Shown: positions 32,512 through 44,128, counted from the first letter of the stretch. The stretch is DNA of 64,000 nucleotides from an uncultured Planctomycetota bacterium (GCA_963823665.1 CAWGMQ010000010.1:1376001-1440000); one strand, 5' to 3'. Program-made: numbers and translations. The notes: generated from the sequence alone by a model not told the origin.

Positions 32512-35184
32512 TGGGTAGCGTACCCCCGACAACGTTGATGGGCATCGAGCTTGGCCGCCCCTGGTGGCTGCTGGGGCTTTTCGCGCTCCCCGTCCTGTTC
32601 TATTTCTTCCGCCGCAGCCTTGTCGATTTTGCACGCCCGCAGAGGATCGCCTCGCTCGCGCTCCGCGCCTTGATCGTGGTGCTCCTGGTGCTCGCACTCG
32701 CCGGGCTCTCCCTCGTCCGCCCGACCCGCGAGCTCTTCGTCGTCTTCGCCGTCGACCGCAGCGAGAGCGTCGGTAAAGAAGGGATGGAAGCCGTCGACAA
32801 ATACTTGAGCGCGGCCTTCTCCTCGGCTGGGAGCAACAAATACGCGATGCTGCCATTTGCGGCGGAGCCCGGAACTGTCGTTCCCGGCCCGGTCGCGCGG
32901 GAAGAACTCGAGAAGCGTGCTGCATCGAGCCCCGCGAAAGACGCTGGGCGGGGCGCAGACCTCGCCCGTTCTTGCCGACGCCTCGTCCCTCGACCGCAAG
33001 GGCACCGATCTCGCCGCTGCGCTCGAGGTCGCCGCCGCGGCGATTCCACCGTTCTACGTGCCGCGGATCGTGCTCTGTTCCGACGGCAATCCCACCGGCG
33101 GCGAGGCCCTGCAGGCCGCCGCATCGCTGCGCGGCAAGGTCGAGATCCTCACCGTCCCTCTGCCGGGCAGGACCGAGCCCGAGGTTCAGCTCTCGTCGGT
33201 GTTGGCTCCGGCCCAGGTCTTGCAGGGCGAACCGTTCAACGTGGAAGTGGTCATCGACGCCAACCACGACGACGAGAAGGGCCGAGTCGAGGTCTTTCGC
33301 GGCGACATCAAGGTTGCCGAGCAGCCCGTCAAGCTCAAGAAGGGTGAGAACAAGCTGACGCTCAAGCAAACGATCGACGCCGGCGGCTTGACGCCGGTGA
33401 CCGCGCGGCTCAAGGGTTACGAAGACACACTGCTCGACAACAACAGCGACTTCGCCCTGGTCTCGGCCGCGGGCAAGCCGCGCGTGCTGCTGCTCGAGAG
33501 CGATCCCGACCAGGCCAAGCACCTGACGTGGGCGCTCGAAGAGCAGAACATGCAAGTCGACGTGCGGCCCCCGCGCGGAGCCCCCGAAAGCCTGGCCGAG
33601 CTGCAAAACTATGATCTCTTCATCCTCTCAAACGTCCCCGCCACGGCACTCACGCTCAAGCAGATGGAGGTGGCCCGCACCTACGTGCAAGACTTGGGCG
33701 GTGGGCTGATGATGCTGGGCGGCGACCAGTCATTTGGCCTGGGCGGCTATTACAAGACGAGCCTGGAAGAGATCTTGCCGGTCCGTAGTGACTTCGAAAA
33801 GGAGAAGGAGAAGCCCAGCCTGGCGCTCATGCTGGTGATCGACAAGTCCGGCTCGATGGGGGGCGAGAAGATCGAGATGGCCAAGGAAGCAGCCCGCGCG
33901 GCCGTCGAGCTTCTGGGCCCCAGCGACAAGGTCGGCGTGCTGGCTTTCGAGGGAGAGAATTTCTGGATCAGCGAGATGCACTCCGCGACGGACAAGGGCT
34001 TCGTGCTCGACCGGATCGCCAGCCTGGAGGCCGGCGGTGGAACCGTCATGGCCCCGGCGATGGAAGAAGCTCATGAGACGTTGCGGTCGACCGTCGCCAA
34101 GCTCAAGCACGTGATCATCCTGACCGACGGCGTGTCGTCCCCCGGCGACTTCGAGGGAATCGCCCAGGCCATGACCGCCGACCGGATCACCTGCTCGACC
34201 GTGGCGATGGGGGGCGACGCCGACCAGTCGCTGCTCGAGGAGATCGCGCGGCTGGGCAACGGCCGGTCGTACGTCGCCGATGACCCCGGCCAGGTGCCCC
34301 AGATCTTCGCCAAGGAGACCGTCACCGCCAGCAAGTCGGCGATCAACGAGCAGCCGTTTCCGCCCACGGTCGTGCGTTCAACCCAGGTTCTCTCCGAGCT
34401 GCGGATGGACGAAGCCCCGTTCTTGCTGGGCTACGTCGTCACCCGAGCGAAGCCCACCGCCGAGGTGATTCTCGCCACCGAATCGGGCGACCCGCTCCTG
34501 GCCTGGTGGCGCTACGGTCTGGGCATCACGGTCGCATTCACCTCCGACGCCAAGGCACGCTGGGCCGCGGAATGGATCTCCTGGCCCCAGTTCAGCCAGT
34601 TCTGGGCGCAGGTTGCCCGCCACGCCCTGCGCAAGGCCGAGGCGAAGGGAACGTTTGTCCAGATCGAGCGACGGGGGCGAAAGGCGGTGGTGTCGCTCGA
34701 CGCGATCGAGCCTTCCGGGCGGTTCCTCAATCAGGTGTCGACCGATCTGACAATGGTCGATCCCGGGCTCGCGACCAAAAAGGTCGAGATGGGACAGGTC
34801 GCGCCGGGGCGTTACCAGGCCGAATTCGACGTGACCCGGGCCGGTTCGTACCAGTTGATGTTCAGCCAGACCAAGGACACGCAGGTACTGGGCCGCCAGT
34901 CGCGAGGGCTCGCCGTCGGGTATCCCGACGAGCTTCGCCTGCGGGCGGTGAATAACGAGTTGTTGCGATCGATCGCGGCCGCGGCGGGCGGCCGGTTTGA
35001 GCCCAAAGCCGCCTCGGTCTTCGATCGGCCGGAGGCAACTGCTCCGCGGGCCGAGCCGTTATGGCCGCTCCTGGTGGCCGCGGCTGTGCTATTCTTTGTT
35101 CTGGACGTCGCCCTGCGGCGGATCGACCTGGCATTATTATTTGTAAGACGGCGGCGGGTCGCACTTTCCACGCGGAGCGCTTGA
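32511..35184 (+). CDS. VWA domain membrane protein (two VWA domains plus glutamine-amidotransferase-like region), one frameshift near 32960
   Basis: ORFs 32511..33347 and 32857..35184 join; DRSES, DKSGSM, LTDG, GGGLMMLGGDQSFGLGGY, WRYGLG; C-terminal TM ..LDVALRR. Confidence 0.85.
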
Positions 35185-35270
35185 TCGTACAATCGTCGAA
35201 TTGAAAAGATCCCGCGTTGTTTCTCAGACGCGACTTTCGGTCCCTCGGTGCAATAAAGGGAGCGGTTGCC

Positions 35271-36767
35271 ATGAGTGAGCGGATCCTCGAATCGCTGGAG
35301 CCGGTGCGACGGCGGCAACTCTGGCTGGAGATCTTCCGCTGCAGCGCGATCGGCCTTCTGGCCGGCTCGCTTGGGGGCGTGGTCATGGCTCTGCTTCGCT
35401 GGCAGGGCTTCGGCGCAACGCCCACGGCACTCGGCGCGGCTTGCCTGGCAGGAGGGCCGTTGATCGGAGCACTCTTTGGGGTCCTGCGCGGTCGCTCGAT
35501 CCAGCTTAGCGCAGCCGCGGTTGACCGTTGCTACGGTCTCAAGGACCGCGCGACGACCGCGATCGAATTTCTCCGCCGCGGCCGGCCGACGCCGGTGCAT
35601 GTCCTGCAAGTGGCCGATGCCGAGCGGCACCTGGCCGGCATCGACGCTCGCAAGGTCGCGCCCTATCGCATTCCCAGGGTGATGCCATATTCCCTGGCCG
35701 CGGCCGCCCTCGCGCTAGGGCTCTTGCTTTGGCCGCAATCAGCGCGCGTTCACGCGAAGCCGTCCGAGCCGCTCGAGGCCGTGCTCCAGGCCGCCATCGA
35801 AGCCGAAGAGAGCCTTGAAGATCTCGCGGACACCGCAAAGAAGGAAAACGACCCCAAGCTCAAGGACCTCGTTCAGAAGCTGAATGAGACCATCCAGGAA
35901 ATGAAGCAGCCGGGCGTGGATACCAAGGAAGCCCTGGCCAAGCTCTCCGAAATGCAAGCCGCTATCACCGCCCAGCAGGCCCAGTTCAACGTCGGGCTGG
36001 TCGACGCCCAGATGCAGGCCCTGGGTGAAGCCATGGCATCGACCCAGGCGCTCGAAGGCGCAGGGCAGGCGCTCGAGCAAGGCAAGTACGATCAAGCCGC
36101 CGCGCAGCTCGAGAAGGCCGAGCCCAAGTTCGACCGCAAGGAAGCCAAGACCTTGAAGGAGAAGCTCGCCAAGGCGGCCAAGGCAATGGAAGATGCGGGA
36201 CTTTCCGACCTGAGCACGGCCACCACCGAGCTTTCCGAGGCGATGGAAGACGCCGATGCCGCCGCGGGCGCGTGCAAGAAGCTCGGCAACCTGGCCCGCA
36301 GCCAGGGCCAGCGCAAGAAGATCAGCGACTTGCTTGCCCTTCAGTGCCGCAACCTCGGTGAGTGCAAGGGCAACTGCCAGAAGAAAAGCACGGCCAAGCT
36401 GCGGCTCCGGACTAAATCCGACAAACCCAAGAGCACTTGGGGCATGGCCACCAGCGGCAACACCGACGGCGAGATGACCAAGCTGGACTCGGCCCGGCAG
36501 AAGGAGCAATTAAAGGTCGAGATGGGCGAAGGCGCATCCGAAACCGAAACCACCCACATGCCCGAAGGCAAGCAGGCCGCCGCGCGGGCCTATCGCGAGC
36601 AGTACCAGAAGTACCGCCGCATGACCGAGGCCGCGCTCGACACCGAGCCGATCCCCCTGGGCCACCGCCAGACCATCCGCCGCTATTTCGAGCTAATCCG
36701 TCCCCAGGGTGAGGAAGCCGACAACGCCGCCACCCCCGCCGCGGGAGCAGAGAAGCCAAAGCAGTGA
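35271..36767 (+). CDS. Membrane protein with long coiled coil, MoxR-operon associated
   Basis: GGAG before ATG 35271; TM helices; VD..YGLKDRATTAIEF motif; C-terminal EPIPLGHRQTIRRYFE. Confidence 0.85.
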   Translation: MSERILESLEPVRRRQLWLEIFRCSAIGLLAGSLGGVVMALLRWQGFGATPTALGAACLAGGPLIGALFGVLRGRSIQLSAAAVDRCYGLKDRATTAIEFLRRGRPTPVHVLQVADAERHLAGIDARKVAPYRIPRVMPYSLAAAALALGLLLWPQSARVHAKPSEPLEAVLQAAIEAEESLEDLADTAKKENDPKLKDLVQKLNETIQEMKQPGVDTKEALAKLSEMQAAITAQQAQFNVGLVDAQMQALGEAMASTQALEGAGQALEQGKYDQAAAQLEKAEPKFDRKEAKTLKEKLAKAAKAMEDAGLSDLSTATTELSEAMEDADAAAGACKKLGNLARSQGQRKKISDLLALQCRNLGECKGNCQKKSTAKLRLRTKSDKPKSTWGMATSGNTDGEMTKLDSARQKEQLKVEMGEGASETETTHMPEGKQAAARAYREQYQKYRRMTEAALDTEPIPLGHRQTIRRYFELIRPQGEEADNAATPAAGAEKPKQ

Positions 36768-36776
36768 TCGGATGGA

Positions 36777-36966
36777 TTGTCACCCTTCGCTTCGCGAAGG
36801 GGCACACACACCAACCCGAAGCGCCAGCGAGGTGCCTCGATCGTCGGCCCCCGCGCACCTCGTAGACGTCGGGCCACGGCGTACAAAAGGCACACACACT
36901 AACCCGAAGCGTCAGCGAGGCGCTCGAGCGTCGGCCTCCCGCGCACCTCGCAGACGTGTCCGGCCA
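36777..36966 (+). repeat. Hairpin CCCTTCGC-TTC-GCGAAGGG followed by two imperfect ~88-bp direct repeats containing AACCCGAAGCG(C/T)CAGCGAGG
   Basis: Units start at about 36801 and 36889; located between convergent genes, so it may also terminate transcription. Confidence 0.7.
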
Positions 36967-36982
36967 TGAGACACAGACGCGT

Positions 36983-38874
36983 TCAGTTCCGTATGGCCCG
37001 CCGACCAGCCGGAGCGCTGTGCGAGTCTTCTTCATCGCCAACGCACCCAGCCCCCGCCGGCACGCCCAGATTCGGCAGCCCGAGCGCCTCGGGCGCCGCG
37101 CCATCCGCAAGCCGCTTGATCGCTATGCCAAAGCCTGTCACCTTCGCCTCCCGCTCGCTGCGGTCATGCCGCAAGAGCGCGGTTCCCGATCCGAACATGT
37201 AGCCTCGCTCCGCGACGAGTCTCCATTCCTGCGCGCCCAATCCAAAGTGAGCTGCGCAGGCCGCGATGTCGATTCGGGGAGTTGGTGCCCGATTCGCCCA
37301 GCCCAGAGCCCCGCGCTCGCGGATCGCATCGAGGATCCCCTGTGCGAGCGTGACCTGTCCCAGGAGCGACGGATGCATTGCGTCCATGAAGAGCCGATCG
37401 TCGAGCAGGCCCGTTGCCCCGATTGCATGGAACAGCGCCTGGCCGTCCACGAGTGGGCAACCATGCCGCGCGGCGACCTCGCGACAGGCCTCCTGGAACG
37501 GCGACAGACAGCGCATCGGCATCCCGTCGAAGTCCCGCGCCTTGACAAAGTGCTCATAGGCCTCGTCCCACGCACCTGCGTTTGCCAGCAGACGTGCCAG
37601 GCGATAATGCGTCTCGGCGAAACCCGGTTGCGACTGAAGCAGCGACCGATATCGCTGCTCGGCACTCGCCGGGTCGGTCACCTCCAGTTGCGCGCAGCCA
37701 GGAATTCACGAGCGAACGCTTCGCGTTTGGCGCTCGTGGTCTCGGCCGGCAGATAAGAACGATTGGGGTCGAATCCCGCGTCATTGGCGGGAGGAACGAC
37801 CAGGATCGCGAGCGCTCCGACGCGCTGGCAGAAGCCGGCGATCGCATCCAGACGAAACCGGAAATCATCCAGACGCACAGCAAACTCCGCGGGCGTGAAC
37901 GCCGGAGTGTCGACCAATGGAGGGCGCATGCCTTGGGGCGGCACCACCCCGACGCGGAACCGATCAGCCGTGTCGCGGATCAAGCTGCATACCGGCGAGA
38001 CCGTTGCTGCAAGATCGTCGAGCCTCTGCAGCGGCGGTGCTTTCTCGTCGACATAGTAGTCTAGCTTCCGCGACCAGGGAATCCTCGATGCGAACTCGTT
38101 GTGGCCGGAGTACACGATGAGGGCATCCGGCCGTCGCTTGAGAGCACCCAGCTTTCGATACTGCTCCTCGAGCGTGGCCCCCGGCTCGGCGAGCATCTCG
38201 ACATGGACGCTCTGGCCGAGAACGGCTTCTTCGAGCTGCCAGGCGACGATCTTCCCCACCGAAAGCCATCGGTCAAACGGCAAGCCAGTTGCACTCGACC
38301 CGCCGAGCACGGCCAGAGTCACGCCGGGCTCGCGTGAGGTTTCCCAGACTCGCCCGTCGCCAAGCAGGGGGTCTTCGGTCAAGCGGCGCTCGCGCAACGG
38401 ATCGGCAAACCGATCAGCAATCTCTGCCTCGGCATGGGCCGGTGCAATTGCAAGCTCGGTCCTGGCACGCCCGAGCCCCACAACCAGCTCGGCCAGTCCG
38501 ATCGCAACCAACGAGGAGACGCAAACCGACAATCCGCGTACGGCCGTGTGTCCCATTGTCGCCTTTCGCTCCGCGAAAGTGCGTCCCAAAAATCCGCGCA
38601 CGGCTGCCTTTGACTCGGTCCCGCTCCGCCGTGCCCGCCACAACATTGAGCTGAAAATCACCGCGCCCGCCGGGAGCGCAGCCAGAGCCGCAACGTAGAC
38701 GACTTCAAGCCCGATCAGAAACCCGAGCGTCGCCTTTCGCCGGATCATGGGGGTGATAATGAACCCGAGCCAGGGCAGCGCGACCAACACCGCCGCAACG
38801 GCAGCACTCAAGGCGAAAGCCGTCAGGATCACGCGCAGAATCCGGTGACCCGCGGATCGATCGAACATGCCCAT
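36983..38874 (-). CDS. Membrane-anchored SGNH/GDSL-like hydrolase with TPR insertion, frameshift near 37680
   Basis: LAVLGGSS (block I), YSGHNEF (block III), FMDAMHP (DxxH); ORFs 37678..38946 and 36983..37681 join; paralog at 40936-42671. Confidence 0.78.
38531..38604. repeat. 60-bp in-frame insertion with hairpin CTTTCGC-TCC-GCGAAAG, flanked by 14-bp direct repeats
   Basis: AATCCGCG(T/C)ACGGC at 38531 and 38591; segment absent from the paralog; hairpin similar to the one at 36777. Confidence 0.7.
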
Positions 38875-38911
38875 CGCATGGAATCTCCCCGATCTGATTT
38901 CACAAACTGCT

Positions 38912-38940
38912 ATTGTCGAACGTCTTGCTCTTTGCGCCAA
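38912..38940 (-). promoter_or_regulatory. Putative promoter TTGGCG-N17-GACAAT
   Basis: Identical hexamers and spacing upstream of the paralog (42712-42740), while much of the spacer diverges. Confidence 0.55.
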
Positions 38941-39162
38941 CGTCAAGCCACTCTCGCCCGCTGGGGATAAAAATCTCGGAAAGATCGAAACGCCGCGATG
39001 AATCTGCGAGCGTTTTACTTATATAAATAATGGAACGTATCCCGCTCCCGAGCGGTTCGTGCATGGTCCAAGACCATGCGACGCGCATGCGTGTTTGGAT
39101 CGGGTGCGGTCCAAGTTAACCAATCAACAAAGATAGTGAAATTTTCTAACGCGAGGAACTCG

Positions 39163-39915
39163 ATGATGCGGTTTCCGATGTGGCGGCAAGCGAAGCGAGT
39201 TTTGTTCGCGATGGCGGCGACCTATCTCACGATCGGGGTGGCGGCTCGCGTACGGGCGGACGTTGTTTACAGCGATAACTTCAGCAACGGCATCACGTTC
39301 ACGGTCAACGACCCGTACTGGCTCGACAACAACAGAGCGAATGGATTCGTCACCCAGACCACGAACACTTCCGCCATCTGGCCGGGGTCTCCTGGCGAAT
39401 TTGGCAATGATATTCCGCAGGGTGTAAGCCCAGGAGGGTATTTCCTATTCGAGGGAACGTATAATTACAGCGGCAGCAGTGTGAACATACCGGCGGGCCA
39501 CGACGAGTTCTTCATCAGCCCGACGTTTGATGTCAATCCGAACACCATTTACAGCGTCAGCTTCTACGCGACCAACGCAGACGCAATCAACATCGCTTCG
39601 ATCCAACCCGAGCTCGGCGGCTCGCTCCTGGGTTCTCCGATCAGCCCTCCGGGAGACTACCAGAACGGCAACGTTTGGCAGCAATACACGTTCACCTGGA
39701 ACTCGGGCAGCAACACGAGTGCCTCATTGATCCTTCACGATTACCAGCAGTCGCCGGACGGCAATGACTTCGGCATCGCCAACATCCAGGTTGCGTCGGT
39801 TCCGGAGCCGTCGTCGATAATCTTGCTCTGCGTCGGGGCCGCTGGCCTGGCAGGGTTTACGAACTCGAGGCGAAGCACTGCCCGACACTGCTCTGAGGCC
39901 GTGGAGCACCGGTAA
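39163..39915 (+). CDS. PEP-CTERM sorting domain exported protein
   Basis: Signal peptide (..AARVRA|D); N/T/S/G-rich beta domain; VPEPSS + TM + RR at the C-terminus. Confidence 0.9.
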   Translation: MMRFPMWRQAKRVLFAMAATYLTIGVAARVRADVVYSDNFSNGITFTVNDPYWLDNNRANGFVTQTTNTSAIWPGSPGEFGNDIPQGVSPGGYFLFEGTYNYSGSSVNIPAGHDEFFISPTFDVNPNTIYSVSFYATNADAINIASIQPELGGSLLGSPISPPGDYQNGNVWQQYTFTWNSGSNTSASLILHDYQQSPDGNDFGIANIQVASVPEPSSIILLCVGAAGLAGFTNSRRSTARHCSEAVEHR

Positions 39916-40452
39916 GGGCTGCCCTGGCGGAACCGCCTGCCACGAGCCGCTCGACGGCTGCGAGCCGTCCGGGCTGTTCCACGCGGTCCGGCTCGGGCAG
40001 AGCCGGACCGCAAACAGTCGATAATCGCCTCGCATGATCCAGTACGGCGACTGCGTCGGGCGCATGCTCTGTGGCGCCGGCCAGTTCGCCCAGCACTCGC
40101 ATCGGTCGCGACGGAATAGCAACATCGGTTTTTCCATCTGCAGGATTCCGAATTCGACGTCCTGGAGCATCGTGCGCGCCGGCCCGATCTCGAAGGGAGG
40201 GAGGCTTCCTGCAGGCTTTCCGTGAAGCGACTTGCGGGCGATGATGCCACCAAAACCGGTGTGCCGGCCATGACAAACTGGGCAGACTTGCCAGGCGAGC
40301 ACATGAAAGGGGCTCCCGATGGATGCCCGCCAGCCTGATCCGCGACGCGCTGCGCGATAAAGCACGCTCGCTTGACCGGGCTATCTCCGCCTGCTCAGAT
40401 GGTTCTTGAATCCGGCCAGAACCGGGAACGAGCCAAAAACCAGTTGGACGCA

Positions 40453-40835
40453 ATGGAGCCGATGCCCGGTCAGTCGAACCGCAGGTTCCTCATTTCCGAC
40501 GGCATGATTCTCATCGCGGCGACCGCCGTCGGCATCGCGCTCACCAGGGCCATTTTGCCGGAAATCGACAAACTGTCGCGACGTGCGTCATGACGCTCGA
40601 GACGATTCTGCAAATCGCCCTACGGGCGCTGGGATCTCGAGCCATGCCTTTTCAGTTCACTTTCATGGAATACGCCGGGCCCGTGAGCTTCGCCATACTG
40701 GGCGGTTGGCTCTTGATAGCTTTGATCGGGCGATGGCGGCCCGAGCCGAGCTGGATTGACCGCGCGGGGAGACTCGCGGCTGCAACCTGGCTTATCATCA
40801 CGGCAATCGAATGGTCCAGTTATTTCTTGATCTGA
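40453..40835 (+). pseudogene. Split or internally deleted small membrane protein
   Basis: RRFLISDGMILIAATAVGIAL in one frame and GGWLLIALIGRWRPEPSWIDRAGRL in the next; they look like the two ends of one membrane protein family. Confidence 0.45.
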
Positions 40836-40935
40836 AGCCACGTCAGTGGTCCTCGGGCTCGCGTCGCTCGTGGCAGCCGTCACCGCGCTCTTGATCCTGA
40901 TCGAGTGTCCCCGCCCCCGTTTCTTCGCGTCTCAT

Positions 40936-42671
40936 TCATTCTGCGCCAGCGCTTGCCACGCCCAGATTTGGCAATCCGACGGACTCAGGCGCTGCGCCGT
41001 CAGCGAGGCGCTTGATGGCTTCGCGAAGAGCAGCCACCTTGGCCTCTCGCTCGCTCCGATCGTATCGGAACAGGGCAGTGCCCCACTGGAACATGGCGCC
41101 TCGCTCGGCGACGAGCCTCCATTCACTCGCACCCAATCCAAAGTGGGCAGCGCATCGCGCCACATCGATTGTGGGCACCGGTGCGTTTTTCGGCCAGCCC
41201 AGGGCCCCGCGCTCGCGGATTGCATCGAGGATTCCCTGTGCGAGCGCGACCTGTCCGGCGAGTGAGGGGTGCATCGCGTCCATGAATAGCTGATCGTCGA
41301 GCAGGCCATGTGCTCCGATCGCGTGGAACAGCGCCTGACCATCGACGAGCGGGCGACCATGTCGCGCGGCCACCTCGCGATAGACGTCCTGGAACGATGA
41401 CAGGCATCGTATCGGCATACCGTCGCAGTCCCTCGCCCGGACAAAGTGCTCATAAGCCTCGTCCCAGACACCGGCATTTTCGAGCAGGCGGCCCAGGCGA
41501 TAATGGGTCTCGGCGAAGCCCGGTTGAGCTTGCAGCAGCGAGCGATAGCGCTCCTCGGCCCGCACCGGATCGCTTGCTTCAAGCCCGCGCGCTTCGAGGA
41601 ACTCGCGACCGAATGCCTCGCGAGCCTCGCGTGTTGTCTCCGCGGGCAGGAACGAGCGATTGGGGTCGAATCCAGCGTCATTGGCGGGAGGAACGACCAG
41701 GATCGCGAGCGCGCCGATGCGCTGGCAATGCCCGACGATCGCATCGAGGTGCTGCCGAAACTCGGCCAGTCGCAACGCGTATTCCGCGTCGGTGTATGCG
41801 GGCGCGTCAACCAGCGGAGGCCGCAGACCCTCGGGCGGCAATAATGCGGCGCGGAACCTGTCAGCCGATTGCCGGATCAAGCGGCAAAGCGGCGAAACAC
41901 GTGCGAGAGAATCGTCGATCCTTTCGACCAATGACGGTTTCTCATCCACATAGTAGGCGAGCCTTCGCGACGAGGGGATGGTGGCTGCAAACTCGTTGTG
42001 GCCGCAATACACGACGAGCGCATCGATGCCGTGCCGGATGGTGGCCAGCTTTTGATACTGGCGCTCGAGTGTGGCTCCGGGCTCTGCGAGCGTCAGAACG
42101 TCAATCGTTCGGCCTGGGGTCGCTTGTTCGATCTGCCAGGCGACGATCTTGCCGACGGAGAGCCAGCGTTCGAAGGGAATTCCGGCCGCACTCGACTCGC
42201 CCAGCACCGCGATCGTGACCCCGCTCTCACCTGACAGTTCGGTCACCCCGCGCCGGGGGGACAGTTCGGACGGCGGCGGTAATGCCGCCATGTGAGCAGG
42301 TTCACTGGCAGCCGTGGTCCCAGTTTGACCCAGCCCGACCACCAGCTCGGCCAGTCCGAAGGTGATCGAGGAAGAGACGCACAGCAACAATCCGCGCGCG
42401 GGTGGCCGCCAGTTGCGCGAGTGCGGTGTGCCAGCCAGAGCAGCACGCCGCAGATCGCCGCTCCGCAGCAGAGTGCCACGCTGGCCCCAACGTAGGTGAC
42501 CTCGAGCGCGATCAGAACGGCGAGAGCTGCGTTTCGCAGCATCCGCGGGGTGATGAGCGCGTCGAACCAGGGCAGCGCCAACAACACCGCGGCGACGACC
42601 GCGCCCAGCGCGAGCGACACCAGGATCAGTCTCCGGAACCGATGAAGCCGCGATCTACGGAACATCGCCAT
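40936..42671 (-). CDS. Membrane-anchored SGNH/GDSL-like hydrolase with TPR (paralog), frameshift near 42400
   Basis: IAVLGESS, YCGHNEF, FMDAMHP; ORFs 42243..42671 and 40936..42390 join. Confidence 0.8.
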
Positions 42672-42711
42672 CTCTCTGAATCCTCGCGCGAGGTCGATCT
42701 CGCCGATTCAC

Positions 42712-42740
42712 ATTGTCGAGCGATTTTTTCCCTGCGCCAA
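42712..42740 (-). promoter_or_regulatory. Putative promoter TTGGCG-N17-GACAAT
   Basis: Conserved with 38912-38940. Confidence 0.55.
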
Positions 42741-42974
42741 CGGAGAGCCAACCGTCGGACCCTGAGCCATCGGACTTCCGTTCCCCAGAACCGGCCTTTC
42801 CGGGCGGCCTCGCTTGCCGTTCGCGGAGACTTTTCGATGCCTGGCGTGCCTGGAATGATCGGTTCGAGTAAGCTGAACCCGGTGTTGTTTCGCGCATCGA
42901 GCCGATTGCTCGGGGTTGACTTCCGAATAAACTCAAGAAGTAACCGGCTCGTTCACGCGACGTGGGGCACCAAG

Positions 42975-43349
42975 ATGGTCACACTTGTCTTGAGCCTTGG
43001 CGGACTTTGGATTCCGCCGATGCTCTTCTTCGGTTGGTTGGTGCACAAGCCGGTGGATCTCGCCTGGCGAGACTATTTCGCCTCCGCAAGCCCGCGACTG
43101 CGGCGGCGCGGCATGCGGCTCAACGTGCTGATGATTCTCGTGCTCGTCTTCTCCATCGACACTGCCTTTACGATGGCCATGTTTCCGAGGGAATTCGCCT
43201 TCGTCTGCGTCGTGGCCGATGTGGTGGTCCTCGGGACGACAATGTTATCGTCCACCGTCCTCAAGCTATCAGTCGGCCAGTGCGTCGCACTGGTCGTGGC
43301 CCTCTCGTTCGTCGCCATGATGACGATCTGGAATCTGCTCCATGATTAA
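42975..43349 (+). CDS. Hypothetical small multi-pass membrane protein
   Basis: Strongly hydrophobic 3' part of ORF 42402..43349, from ATG 42975. Confidence 0.6.
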   Translation: MVTLVLSLGGLWIPPMLFFGWLVHKPVDLAWRDYFASASPRLRRRGMRLNVLMILVLVFSIDTAFTMAMFPREFAFVCVVADVVVLGTTMLSSTVLKLSVGQCVALVVALSFVAMMTIWNLLHD

Positions 43350-43407
43350 GCCATCTGAAGTGGAATCGTGGCCAGCATGCGGACGAAGGTGTTGTGAGAC
43401 GGAGATC

Positions 43408-43815
43408 CTACTGCCCCAAAAGCTCGAGCGTCCGTTTCACAAACGCCGAAGAGGCCTCGACTGCTTCCGCCGGCGACAATTTGAGCCGCTGTGCCAGCTC
43501 GAACTTCCGCAGGAAGTCGCCGTCGAGCTGGCCGGTGCGAACATAAAGCCCGTCGCACGCCAGCATCAGACAGCGTAGGCCGAATTCGCGGTAACCCTTG
43601 GCGTAGACCAGGGCCCTCAAGCAACTGAACATCGCCTCGTAGCTCAGGAAGACGACGTCAGCCGGATCGCCCTGGCCGGACGTGTGGATATTCGCGGCCG
43701 CCTCGAGCCGGTCACCCGCCTTGGCGAGCAGGTCGACAATTCGAGTCGGCGCTTCCTTGTCCTCGAAGAGGTATGGGCTTTCCAGGCACTTTTGAAACGT
43801 GTTGATGATCGCCAT
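43408..43815 (-). CDS. HEPN-like (UPF0332-type) domain protein
   Basis: A.DRLEAA...SYEAMFSCLRALVYAKGYRE..LRCL resembles the HEPN YYAMF.A.RALL..KG pattern. Confidence 0.65.
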   Translation of the reverse strand: MAIINTFQKCLESPYLFEDKEAPTRIVDLLAKAGDRLEAAANIHTSGQGDPADVVFLSYEAMFSCLRALVYAKGYREFGLRCLMLACDGLYVRTGQLDGDFLRKFELAQRLKLSPAEAVEASSAFVKRTLELLGQ

Positions 43816-44128
43816 GGCCGAAAGGATCTCGAATCAAGAAGTTGACGCTTTTGAACCGGATGAGCAAAAGCCGGTTTTCTCGTCAGCGCGCTGGTCGCAC
43901 GCCGTCTGACTGACTCAGAAGTTCCTAATCCGCCTTCATCGCAACGGCTCCCGCACCAGCCAGGGCGGGGACGCTCCGGCTTGCTCCGCGCACCGGGGTT
44001 CGCCTTCGCGGGCACGACGTTCCCGGGAACGGTGGCGCCGCCGCCACCCTTCGTCGCTTTCGCCTTGGGTGCCGCCTTCTTGCCAGGCGCACCGCCGCCG
44101 CCACCTCTGCCGCCCCTGCCGAAACCCT

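Noticed and set aside
36801..36966. CRISPR array
   Set aside because: Only two imperfect units, similar along their whole length, with no unique spacers and no cas genes
39724..40365. 213-aa minus-strand ORF / possible mobile-element fragment
   Set aside because: Overlaps the PEP-CTERM gene, has no recognisable family and no terminal repeats; a short real gene in 39950-40170 cannot be excluded
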